From assembly GCA_963674735.2 (NCBI GenBank), contig CAXXQS010000002.1, positions 1,440,001 to 1,504,000 on the forward strand: a stretch of DNA of 64,000 bases, given 5' to 3'. Below are positions 37,400 to 46,070 of this stretch, one piece after another (within the stretch, counting starts at the first letter, position 1; each line of letters opens with the position of its first letter). The notes beneath the pieces are model-generated. The model was not told the origin of the DNA, did not search any database, and saw only the letters and a program-made list of their open reading frames with translations. Made by a program: the position numbers and the translations under genes. The DNA comes from Myxococcota bacterium (GTDB taxonomy: Bacteria; Myxococcota_A; SURF-8).

Positions 37400-39121
37400 A
37401 TGGACCGTTTTGCCAGACTTCCCGACGATCGAAACCGATTCACGGACTCGGACCGTATCAAACAGCCGTCTCTGCATATCGTCCCGCTGGGTGGAGTGGG
37501 AGAGATCGGCATGAACATGATGGCCTATCGCTACGGTGACGAAATCATCGTGGTGGACTGCGGGGGGCTGTTTCCCGATTCGTCGCTTCTGGGGATCGAC
37601 CTTGTCGTGCCCGACATGCATTACCTCAAAGAAAACGCCGGGTTGGTGAAGGCCGTGATTCTGACGCACGGACACGAGGATCACATCGGGGCGACGCCCT
37701 ATTTCCTGCGCGATTTCCGGGTGCCCGTTTACGGATCGCGCTTCACCTTGGAACTTCTGCGCGCCAAGCTGGAAGAACACCAGGATGTGGTCGGGTCGGT
37801 GGCGTTGGAAGAAGTCGAGGCGGGTGACGTCATTGATTTCACGCATTTCAAGGTGGAATTTCTGCATGTCAATCACAGTGTGTGCGACACGCTCAGCCTG
37901 GCGATCGATACGCCGGAAGGGCTGCTGGTGCACACGGGCGATTTTCGTATCGATACCACCCCGTTCGACGGGCAGGTCTTCGATTATCAAGGCTTTTCCC
38001 GCTTGGGCGACCGGGGCGTGCTGGCCCTGTTGTCCGACAGCACCAATATCGAGCGCTCCGGTTTCACGCGCTCCGAGCAGGACGTCAAAGACGAGCTGGC
38101 CACCCTGTTCGAAACGGCTCGCGGTCGTTTGTTCGTGACCTTGTTTTCGTCGTCCATCCCGCGCATCCACGGCGTTTTGGAGTTGGCGCAGCGCTTCGGT
38201 CGCAAAGTACACATTGCGGGCAAAAGCCTGCTGACATCGACGCGTATCGCTCGCAATCTGAGCATTCTGCGCGTTCCTCCCGATCTGCTGGTTGAGGTGG
38301 GAACGCTTAAAAGTCTGCCGCCCGAAAAGGTGGTGGTGATTCTCACCGGCAGCCAGGGCGAACCGCGTTCGGTTTTGTCCCGGGTGGCCATGAACGACCA
38401 CAAGGACATCAAGGTCGGACCGGATGATCTGGTGATTTTCTCGGCTCGCGGTATTCCCGGACACGAGCGCGCCATCGATAACATCATCAACCATCTTTAC
38501 CGGCAGGGGGCGGAGGTCATCACCGAACGCGACCGGCCCATTCACACCTCGGGCCATGGACACGCGGGAGAATTGGGTACCATGCTCAACCTTACGCGCC
38601 CCGAGTATTTCATTCCCATCCACGGCGAATACCGCCACCTGATCAAGCATGGACGCCTGGCCACCGAATGCGGGGTGGATCCCGCCCGCGTGATCCTCGC
38701 CCCCAACGGAACGCTCCTGCAGTTTTCCGAAGGAATGGGCGAGCAGGTGGGCAAGGTGTCCACGGGTCGTGTCTATGTCGACGGCAAGGGCTTCGGCGAC
38801 GTGGGGCCCGACGAGATCCGCGAGCGGCGCAAGATCAGCGAAACCGGTATTATCGTCGTGCTGTTGGCCATCAGCCTGCAAAGCGGCGAAATCCTGACCG
38901 GTCCCGACCTGATTTCGCGCGGCTTCATCTTCGAGGATGTTTCCGAGCAGTTGTTCGAGCAGGGGCGCCAGGTGGTGCTGGATGCGCTGGCCGAGTTCAA
39001 CCCGGAGTCGAAATCCGATCTGGAAGAGGTGAAGGAGGAAATCCGGATTGTCTTGCGGCGTTTCTTCAAGAAGAGTCTGCAACGCAAACCGGTTGTTATT
39101 CCCATCCTATTGGGTATGTAG
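37400..39121 (+). CDS. rnj: Ribonuclease J
   Basis: PLGGVGEIGMN, THGHEDHIG, TGSQGEP, HTSGH, PIHGEYRH. Confidence 0.96.
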   Translation: MDRFARLPDDRNRFTDSDRIKQPSLHIVPLGGVGEIGMNMMAYRYGDEIIVVDCGGLFPDSSLLGIDLVVPDMHYLKENAGLVKAVILTHGHEDHIGATPYFLRDFRVPVYGSRFTLELLRAKLEEHQDVVGSVALEEVEAGDVIDFTHFKVEFLHVNHSVCDTLSLAIDTPEGLLVHTGDFRIDTTPFDGQVFDYQGFSRLGDRGVLALLSDSTNIERSGFTRSEQDVKDELATLFETARGRLFVTLFSSSIPRIHGVLELAQRFGRKVHIAGKSLLTSTRIARNLSILRVPPDLLVEVGTLKSLPPEKVVVILTGSQGEPRSVLSRVAMNDHKDIKVGPDDLVIFSARGIPGHERAIDNIINHLYRQGAEVITERDRPIHTSGHGHAGELGTMLNLTRPEYFIPIHGEYRHLIKHGRLATECGVDPARVILAPNGTLLQFSEGMGEQVGKVSTGRVYVDGKGFGDVGPDEIRERRKISETGIIVVLLAISLQSGEILTGPDLISRGFIFEDVSEQLFEQGRQVVLDALAEFNPESKSDLEEVKEEIRIVLRRFFKKSLQRKPVVIPILLGM

Positions 39122-39130
39122 GATCTGACG

Positions 39131-39817
39131 ATGGCCCAGCGCCTTTTATGCTTCGATATCGACCTGACGCTGATCTTCACCGGCGGGGCGGGGATGCAAG
39201 CGTTGGGGCAGGCCTTTTGCGAGGTTACCGGCCACAGCGGCGCACTTGTTCCCATCCGGCCGGACGGCAAAACCGACCCCGCTTTGATCCCCGAATTATT
39301 CGCCGCCAACGGCCATGTCTATCGGCCCGACCATTACGAGGCGGTGATCCGGCGCTACCTCGACCTTCTCGAAGCCACCCAACTAGGCGATAACAGTTGG
39401 GTTTTGCTTCCGGGAGTGGTGGAGCTGCTGGAAGCCGTCGCGGCCGCGGCCGACCTCTATCCGGTTCTTCTCACCGGCAATGACGAACGCGGGGCGCGTC
39501 TCAAGCTCAAGCCCTTCGACCTGAACCGCTTCTTTTCCGTGGGGGCCTTCGGTTCGGATTCGGCCCGGCGGGCCGATCTGGTCCCGCTTGCCATCCGGCG
39601 GGCTTCGGCGTATTATGAACGGCAGTTCGACAAGAAAGAGGTGATCGTGATCGGCGATTCGGAGGGCGATGTCGCCTGTGCGGCTGCCAACGGCGTGCGC
39701 TGTCTGGCGGTTCAAACCGGTTTTACCGACGCGGCGGCTTTGCGGGCGGCCGGTTTTTGTACGATCGTGCAGGATTTGTCCGATACCCGGAGAATGATGG
39801 ACTTTTTCCGTGAATAG
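39131..39817 (+). CDS. HAD-family hydrolase
   Basis: FDIDLTL, LTGN, IGDS..D. Confidence 0.9.
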   Translation: MAQRLLCFDIDLTLIFTGGAGMQALGQAFCEVTGHSGALVPIRPDGKTDPALIPELFAANGHVYRPDHYEAVIRRYLDLLEATQLGDNSWVLLPGVVELLEAVAAAADLYPVLLTGNDERGARLKLKPFDLNRFFSVGAFGSDSARRADLVPLAIRRASAYYERQFDKKEVIVIGDSEGDVACAAANGVRCLAVQTGFTDAAALRAAGFCTIVQDLSDTRRMMDFFRE

Positions 39818-39826
39818 GGGGTCAGG

Positions 39827-40384
39827 ATGCTGATAGTGTTAGGGATTGTGGGAGGCGTCTTGCTGCTGCTGGTTATCTGGGTGGTGGCGATGTACAACGG
39901 GTTGGTGGCGCTGCGCAATACCACCCAGAACGCCTGGGCGCAGATCGATGTTCAACTCAAGCGGCGTCACGATCTGATCCCGAATCTGGTGGAAACGGCC
40001 AAAGGGTATCTCAAGCATGAGCGTGAAACCCTGGAAGCGGTGACACAGGCGCGGAACATGGCCATCTCGGCCAATGGCGTGGCCGATCAGGCCAAGGCCG
40101 AAGGCATGTTGAGCGGAGCCTTGAAAAGCCTGTTTGCCGTGAGTGAAAACTACCCCGACCTGAAGGCCAATCAGAACATGATGCAACTTCAGGAAGAACT
40201 GACGGCCACCGAAAACAAGATCGCCTTCGCCCGCCAGTATTACAACGACAGCGTCTACCGTTACAATACCAAGCGCGAGGTGGTTCCAAGCAACATCATC
40301 GCCGGCATGTTCACGTTCAAACCGGCCGATCTGTTCGAAATCGAGTTGCCCGAAGAGCGCGAACCGGTGAAGGTGCAGTTTTAG
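39827..40384 (+). CDS. lemA: LemA family protein
   Basis: [34 protein letters not shown]. Confidence 0.95.
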   Translation: MLIVLGIVGGVLLLLVIWVVAMYNGLVALRNTTQNAWAQIDVQLKRRHDLIPNLVETAKGYLKHERETLEAVTQARNMAISANGVADQAKAEGMLSGALKSLFAVSENYPDLKANQNMMQLQEELTATENKIAFARQYYNDSVYRYNTKREVVPSNIIAGMFTFKPADLFEIELPEEREPVKVQF

Positions 40385-40410
40385 GCTTGGCCGGAGAGGA
40401 TTGAGCGACC

Positions 40411-41520
40411 ATGGCGCGTGACAAAGTGTGTCCGGCTTGCGGTTTCGAAAATCGCCGCAAAGCCGACATCTGCGAATTGTGTCAGGCCCCTTTTGCGGCG
40501 GGACGCGGTTCGCAAAGTCCCCTGATGTCGCCGGTTGTCGGTGAGAACTCGCCGAACGCGGCTTCGACCGCATCGCCCCCTGCCCAACGTTCCGATTTCA
40601 TGGCGGAAGCCGCCGTCAACCGACGCAAATCGATGCTTCTGATGATGGTCTTTTTCGGGCTGGTGGCCGCACTCGGTTTCGGAATCGGGTTTTCCACCGG
40701 CCGGACCGTCGATGGCGGTCTGCTGGGACTCGGCATTGCCGCCTTTGTCGCAAGCTTGTACATGTTGCTGGTGTACTACCGGGGCGGCGGCATGATGATG
40801 TCGGTAGCCGGTGGGCGTGAAGTGACCGCCGGGGATCCCGAGTTTCGCCAAGTTTACAACATCGTTGAAGAAATGGCCATCGCCTCCGGGTTGCCGCAGC
40901 CGCGTGTGTTTGTCGTGATGGATGCCGCGCCCAATGCGTTCGCCACCGGCCGCGACCCCGAGCATGCGGCCATCGCCGTGACCTCCGGCCTGGTGGAGAA
41001 GCTGAACCGCGAGGAATTGCAAGGGGTGATCGGACACGAAATGGCGCATGTGGCCAGCTACGACATCCGCTTCATGATGCTGGCGGCGGTGTTGGTCGGC
41101 GTGGTGGCGTTGTTGTCCGATTATTTCCTGCGCTTCGGCCTGTTTCGTCGCGGACGTATCGAAGGACGATCCGGCGGCGGCGGGCAGGTGGCCATCCTTA
41201 TCTTTGTTCTGACAATCGTGCTGGCGATTCTGGCGCCGCTGGCCGCCCGGTTCCTGCAAATGGCGGTGTCGCGTAAGCGGGAATTGCTGGCCGATGCACG
41301 GGCGGTGGAGTTTACGCGCAATCCGAGCGGATTGGCCGGGGCGTTGAAAAAAATCTCCGAGGATGGAAATCCTCTGCTGGCCGCAAACCGGGCCACCCAG
41401 CACATGTACATCGTCAATCCACTAAAGAGCTTCAGCCGCCGAGCCGGAGGGCTGTTCGCCACCCATCCGCCCATCGAAATGCGCCTGGCCCTCTTGCAAA
41501 AAATGGGCGCGTCGTTCTGA
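40411..41520 (+). CDS. htpX: M48 zinc metalloprotease HtpX with N-terminal zinc ribbon
   Basis: PNAFATG, HEMAH, SRKRE..AD, FATHPP; N-terminal CPAC..CELC. Confidence 0.92.
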   Translation: MARDKVCPACGFENRRKADICELCQAPFAAGRGSQSPLMSPVVGENSPNAASTASPPAQRSDFMAEAAVNRRKSMLLMMVFFGLVAALGFGIGFSTGRTVDGGLLGLGIAAFVASLYMLLVYYRGGGMMMSVAGGREVTAGDPEFRQVYNIVEEMAIASGLPQPRVFVVMDAAPNAFATGRDPEHAAIAVTSGLVEKLNREELQGVIGHEMAHVASYDIRFMMLAAVLVGVVALLSDYFLRFGLFRRGRIEGRSGGGGQVAILIFVLTIVLAILAPLAARFLQMAVSRKRELLADARAVEFTRNPSGLAGALKKISEDGNPLLAANRATQHMYIVNPLKSFSRRAGGLFATHPPIEMRLALLQKMGASF

Positions 41521-41529
41521 TTTCCCCGT

Positions 41530-41736
41530 AAAAAAAGGTTCTAATCCCAAAACCGGGGGGCAGAACGAACCAGAAGAAATCCACAAGGCCCACCATCAAG
41601 GAAAGGGTTTCCCTTCCTCCTGCCGTCACCTGCCAAGCCTCATGATGCGAGGCGGCTCCGTCGGGGAAGGGAAAGCGAAGCTCCCGAAATTATTCGTTCG
41701 AAGCGAGCAGGCTCCCCGGAAAGAGGAGTTGAACCC
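41530..41736 (-). ncRNA. Candidate ~200-nt rod-like structured RNA or self-complementary repeat element (family unknown)
   Basis: Nested complementary blocks GGTTC/GAACC, CCGGGG/CCCCGG, GAACGAA/TTCGTTC, TTTCCCTTCC/GGAAGGGAAA, GCCTC/GAGGC; T7 tail on minus strand. Confidence 0.45.
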
Positions 41737-41760
41737 AAAAAAACCGGCCCTGCGGCCGGT
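41737..41760 (-). terminator. Intrinsic terminator of frzS-like gene
   Basis: AACCGGCC-GCAG-GGCCGG followed by T7 on minus strand. Confidence 0.8.
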
Positions 41761-41787
41761 TGTGTATGACGGTGTTTGGCTCTGTGT

Positions 41788-43689
41788 TTATTGGGCCGGG
41801 GGTTTCGACGATCCGCCGTCTTTGGGCTCGCCGCGCACGATATTGAGGGCGATGGCCAAGGCCTTTTCCGAGCGGGCGCGTTGTTCGGTTTCCTGTTTGA
41901 TTTTGCGATAGGCCTTGATGACCCGTTCCTCGTTGACGCGGTTGGCGGTCGACAGCTCTTTGACTTGCTGCTCCAACTCGGCGATGCGCGCCTCGCTGTC
42001 GCTTTTCAACTGGCTGTGGTCGTCGCGCAGGGCGGCGATCTCCTTTTCCAACTCGGGTGTGCGCTCCGCCGCTTGTTCGAAGGCGGCTTTTTCCTTGCGT
42101 AGCGTTTCCGCTTCCGCCTGAGCGGCGTCCTTCTGTTCTTGCAGGCGGCGCTTCAGATCTTCCTCTTTTTGAGCGACGATTTTTTCGTGCTTTTGGTGCA
42201 GATCCTCGAATTGCGCTTCAAGGTCGTTCAGGCGCGATTCCAGTTCGCTGCTGTGCGACCGAGCGTTTTCCAGGTCGGCCTCGGCGGTTTCGGCGCGCGT
42301 CAGGGCTTCGCGCAGACTTTCTTCCATCTCGCCACGGATGTTCTGCAAATCCCGTTGGGCCGTTTCCAGCGTTTCTTTCTGCTCCACCACCTCGTTTTGC
42401 GCCGTCGCCAGCTCCTGTTGCAGGGCTTCTTCCGCGTCGTGCGTCTGGCGCAATTCGGCTTTAAGGTGTTCGAGTTCGCCGATGAGCGAACTGCGTACGC
42501 CCTCGGTTTCGTCGACCAGCCGCAGCTTGAGCAGGTCGATCTCTTCATCGCGCGCCCGCAGGGCCTTTTCGAGATCATCCAGGTACTGGCGCAGCTTTTC
42601 GGTTTCTTCCGTTACGCGATCGTGCTCGCTTTGCTGTTGGGTCAGTGTCGCCTTCAGGCCTTCCAGCTCATTGCGCAACTGGTTGCGTTCATCGATGACG
42701 CCCTGCACCTCGCTGAGTACTTCCTGCACCTGAGCCTCGGCGCTTTGGGATTGTTCGCTTTCTTCTTCGTCATCGACCATCAGGGCCGTTTCGACCAGGG
42801 CGCCGAGACCTTCCGTGTCTTCTTTCGTTTCAAGAACGACGTCCGGTTGTTCGCTGAGTGAGTCGTCGTCCGCCCATTCCGTTTCGAGCGTTTCCTCCGC
42901 CGCAGTCTCCCATTCCGGGAGCGCCTCCGGGTCGTCCACGGGCTGATCGATTTCGGGTTCTTCGCCCGCTTCCATCAGGTCGTCCAACTCGTGGTTGTCC
43001 CATTCGGCGGTTTCTTCCAGTGCCTCATCGAGATCGGCCTCGGGTGACATCTCCGCCGCGACTTCATCCGAATCCGCAGCGGCGGGTTCGGGCATCACCG
43101 GCGTGTCCTCATCGGGGATGGGCGGCATGTCGTCGGGCATCGGCGGGGGCGCGACGGTTTCGCTCTCGTCGCCCAGCAGCCGATCCAGTTCCGCCAGATC
43201 GACATCCGTATCCGGATCGCTGGTCGGGCTGGTTTCGGAGGGAACCGCATCCAACAGAGTGTCCAGTTCTCCCAGCACGTCGTCTTCGCTGGCGGCCGTC
43301 TCAACGGTCAGATCCACGTCGAGGGCGTCTTTGACCTGTTTGACGAATTGCTCGGAAGAGACGGGTTTGTGAAGATACAAGTCGGCATGCAGGCGTAACT
43401 TGCGGTGATCGGCAAAGGTTTTTTCGGGAACTTCGTTACCCGTGATAACGAAGCGCGTCGCAGCCAGACTCTTGTCTTTTTTGATTTTCTTGAAAACCTT
43501 GAAGCCGTTTCCATCGGGCAGATCGACATCGATGACCACCAGATCGGGGCGGATGGCGCTGGCTTGGGCCTGGCCTTCACGCGCCCCGGATGCCAGACTG
43601 ATGCGATGGTCACCCGCTCCAATGCGAGCAACCAGCGATTCGGTGAAGTCCCGATCGGAATCAATCAACAGTACGCTCAGTTCGCCCAT
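41788..43689 (-). CDS. frzS: FrzS-like protein: receiver domain, acidic linker, long coiled coil
   Basis: RPDLVV.., FADHRKLRLHADLYLHKPV and C-terminal NEERVIKAY..IK...KALAIA resemble my recollection of Myxococcus FrzS. Confidence 0.75.
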   Translation of the reverse strand: MGELSVLLIDSDRDFTESLVARIGAGDHRISLASGAREGQAQASAIRPDLVVIDVDLPDGNGFKVFKKIKKDKSLAATRFVITGNEVPEKTFADHRKLRLHADLYLHKPVSSEQFVKQVKDALDVDLTVETAASEDDVLGELDTLLDAVPSETSPTSDPDTDVDLAELDRLLGDESETVAPPPMPDDMPPIPDEDTPVMPEPAAADSDEVAAEMSPEADLDEALEETAEWDNHELDDLMEAGEEPEIDQPVDDPEALPEWETAAEETLETEWADDDSLSEQPDVVLETKEDTEGLGALVETALMVDDEEESEQSQSAEAQVQEVLSEVQGVIDERNQLRNELEGLKATLTQQQSEHDRVTEETEKLRQYLDDLEKALRARDEEIDLLKLRLVDETEGVRSSLIGELEHLKAELRQTHDAEEALQQELATAQNEVVEQKETLETAQRDLQNIRGEMEESLREALTRAETAEADLENARSHSSELESRLNDLEAQFEDLHQKHEKIVAQKEEDLKRRLQEQKDAAQAEAETLRKEKAAFEQAAERTPELEKEIAALRDDHSQLKSDSEARIAELEQQVKELSTANRVNEERVIKAYRKIKQETEQRARSEKALAIALNIVRGEPKDGGSSKPPAQ

Positions 43690-43730
43690 GTTGCACTCTC
43701 TTCGGCAAAAAGCGCCGGATTAGGTGGGTC

Positions 43731-44210
43731 CTAGTCTTCTTTTCCGCGCAGTTTGGCGATGGTCTTTCGAATGTCTTTGAGGCTGCTCAGGCCTTGTTTG
43801 GCCAGAAACGCCATGACGGACGGTCCGCCGAGGGCCAGGATGCCGAAAACGCCCATGCGGGTCAAGCCGATGAAGCCGGTATTCAGCTTCACTTCAAGGG
43901 TTTCGTCGGGATTCTTGCTGACCATGATCTTGAAGAATTCGATTCCATATTCCCCGATATCGTTCGACTCGAATTTATGCAGCCGCGCAATGGCCGCCGG
44001 GCTGATGGTGAAACGGATTTGAGGCGAGGAGGGGGCTTCCCCTTCATGGACTCGGGTCTGTTTTTTCTGATGCGTGACGTGGTACGAGTTTGGATCGTCC
44101 ACGATCGTGATATCGATGATGGCCGAGTCTTTCAAGGGCTTGGCCGCCCGCTGCGAAACGTCGCGATTCTCCAGAAAATCACGTAAAAGATCGAAATCTT
44201 CCCGACTCAC
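43731..44210 (-). CDS. Hypothetical protein, SCP2-like lipid-binding fold suspected
   Basis: GGAGG RBS with GTG start; beta-hairpin V.EG.A..P..F.I pattern. Confidence 0.6.
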   Translation of the reverse strand: MSREDFDLLRDFLENRDVSQRAAKPLKDSAIIDITIVDDPNSYHVTHQKKQTRVHEGEAPSSPQIRFTISPAAIARLHKFESNDIGEYGIEFFKIMVSKNPDETLEVKLNTGFIGLTRMGVFGILALGGPSVMAFLAKQGLSSLKDIRKTIAKLRGKED

Positions 44211-44452
44211 CGAGACCTCCTCTGCGCCGTTTACCAGTCAACGACACACTTCTGTTGCGAAACATCCATTCTTGTCAGGTTCCGCAAAAAATGTAGCACA
44301 TTCAGTGCATTTCCGCAAAAAAAACCGGTGTTTGAGAGACTGGGTACAAGTCGCCGGAATGGCGTCGAGGTGCCTGCGATTACGCGGGTTTTCAAGGGCC
44401 CTACGCGAGAGTCAAAAAGACAAAGACCGGGGATATTCAAAGGCTTACCCGG

Positions 44453-44498
44453 TTTTTCACATTTATGTGGATAAACTGTGGATAACACCTGTGGATAA
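44453..44498. promoter_or_regulatory. Cluster of four DnaA boxes
   Basis: TTTTTCACA (44453-61, +) then TGTGGATAA three times (44466-74, 44477-85, 44490-98). Confidence 0.85.
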
Positions 44499-44846
44499 CC
44501 AGGGAAAAACCAACGGAATCAAGTGGATCGGTCTATTTGGTCAGAAATTGGGCATGATCGATAACCTCAATTATTTCAATGGTTTGAATCATGGTTAGGA
44601 TTTTGTTACATACGATACGCGGGTGAGCGGATAAAATCTGAGAGCGAATTTGCGTAATTCACAAACGTTATAAAAACAGCGAAATCCGTAATCGGTGATT
44701 GGCGCGATTGGCGGATCGGCCGCTCATGGGAACGGGTGTAACTCGGTGAAAACGTTTGACGTCACCGTGCATCGGCGGTAAGTTAAGCCTCAATGCCGAA
44801 CATGGGCCGGGAGCTCTGCGTATTACCGGAAGGCAAGGAAAACACG

Positions 44847-46070
44847 ATGATGCCGATATTGGAATGCTGGCGCAAGTGCCTGGCGGGTCTGCTGGTGGTG
44901 TCGCTTGTGATGGGAACGCCGCTGGTTTTGATGGCGGCCCCCTCCGATTCTGCGGCGGCCGGCTGGCAAATCGCGGCCGGGCGCTCGAAAAAAGCCCCGT
45001 CACGTCGCGGAAAAGCGGCGAAACCGGCTTCGGACTCCACCGAACAACTTCTGATGGATGATGATCGCGACCTCTTGGGCGAGGCGCCCGCCGAGGATCC
45101 CGAGCCGGTCGACGCGCCGACCCCCGAACCTTTGCCCGATCCGGAAGCGGACGAGGCGCTACGCACCGTGCTGCTCGATATCGGCGTGGTGGATGCCGAA
45201 GACGGCGATGCGCAACGGGCCTATCGGGCCGTTCTGAAAACCCTGGCTAGCGCGGAAGATCTCGGCGAGGTGGTGGGGCGGGACGTCCTCGGTTTCGGCG
45301 GGATGTACCGCCATGTCGTCAATTCCTGCCGTGGCATGGAAAACACACCCTGCCTGGCCAATTTCGCCAAAAGCGTCGAGGCGCGTTATGCCGTGTTCGG
45401 CCAATTGCGCGACCTGGACGATGTCTTTCTGCTGGAACTGGCGCTGATGGATGTTCGTCGCGGGCGTATGCTGGAGACGGCCAAGGCGCAGATCGCCAAA
45501 CCCGGAACGACTCTGGCCAAACAGGCCGCCGAGGCGGCTTGCCGGTTGACGCGAAACTACGGATGCAGCAAGGACGCCATGGGGGCGGTCGCGGTCGCGC
45601 CGGTTGCGGCTCCCGTCACCTTGCAGACAAATACCCCGCAAGGGATGGCAAAACCGCAGGAAAGCTATTTCAGCACCCAATCGGAAACACCCGAGAAAGC
45701 CATGCAGGTGGAGCGCAGCGGCGGCCCGTCGAGTATGGCGATCGGCGGGTGGGTGATGGTGGGGCTGGCCGCCGGAGCGGCAGTGGGCGGAGCCGTCACG
45801 ACCGCCTTGATGTTCAAGGAATACGATACCTACGACAACGCCCAGCCGGGCGAAGGCCAGAAGGCGCGTGACGCGAAAGACGCCGCTCAGTTGTACCAGT
45901 GGACCTCCCTCGGGCTTTATATCGGCGCGGGCGCACTGGCGGCGGGCGGGATTACCCTGTTGGTTCTCGACGCGATGGCCCCGGCCGATGGCTCCGGGGG
46001 CGGCGACTGGCAAATTGTCCCTTCGATGTCTCCGTCCGGTCCGGGCATGAATGTGATGGGCCGGTTCTGA
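44847..46070 (+). CDS. Secreted/membrane protein with alpha/beta domain, Gly/Ala-rich hydrophobic hairpin and C-terminal beta-strand ending in Phe
   Basis: Signal peptide; C..C.A...A.Y.V.G.L domain; tail GMNVMGRF; coupled to next gene. Confidence 0.7.
   Translation: MMPILECWRKCLAGLLVVSLVMGTPLVLMAAPSDSAAAGWQIAAGRSKKAPSRRGKAAKPASDSTEQLLMDDDRDLLGEAPAEDPEPVDAPTPEPLPDPEADEALRTVLLDIGVVDAEDGDAQRAYRAVLKTLASAEDLGEVVGRDVLGFGGMYRHVVNSCRGMENTPCLANFAKSVEARYAVFGQLRDLDDVFLLELALMDVRRGRMLETAKAQIAKPGTTLAKQAAEAACRLTRNYGCSKDAMGAVAVAPVAAPVTLQTNTPQGMAKPQESYFSTQSETPEKAMQVERSGGPSSMAIGGWVMVGLAAGAAVGGAVTTALMFKEYDTYDNAQPGEGQKARDAKDAAQLYQWTSLGLYIGAGALAAGGITLLVLDAMAPADGSGGGDWQIVPSMSPSGPGMNVMGRF

Noticed and set aside
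41715-41736. GGGTTCAACTCC (minus strand) resembling a tRNA T-arm
   Set aside because: No D-arm, anticodon arm or acceptor stem; preceded by a terminator T-run
44211-44846. Calling this gap oriC
   Set aside because: No origin-linked genes, no clear unwinding element and no C-to-G skew switch by spot counts; kept only as a DnaA-box cluster
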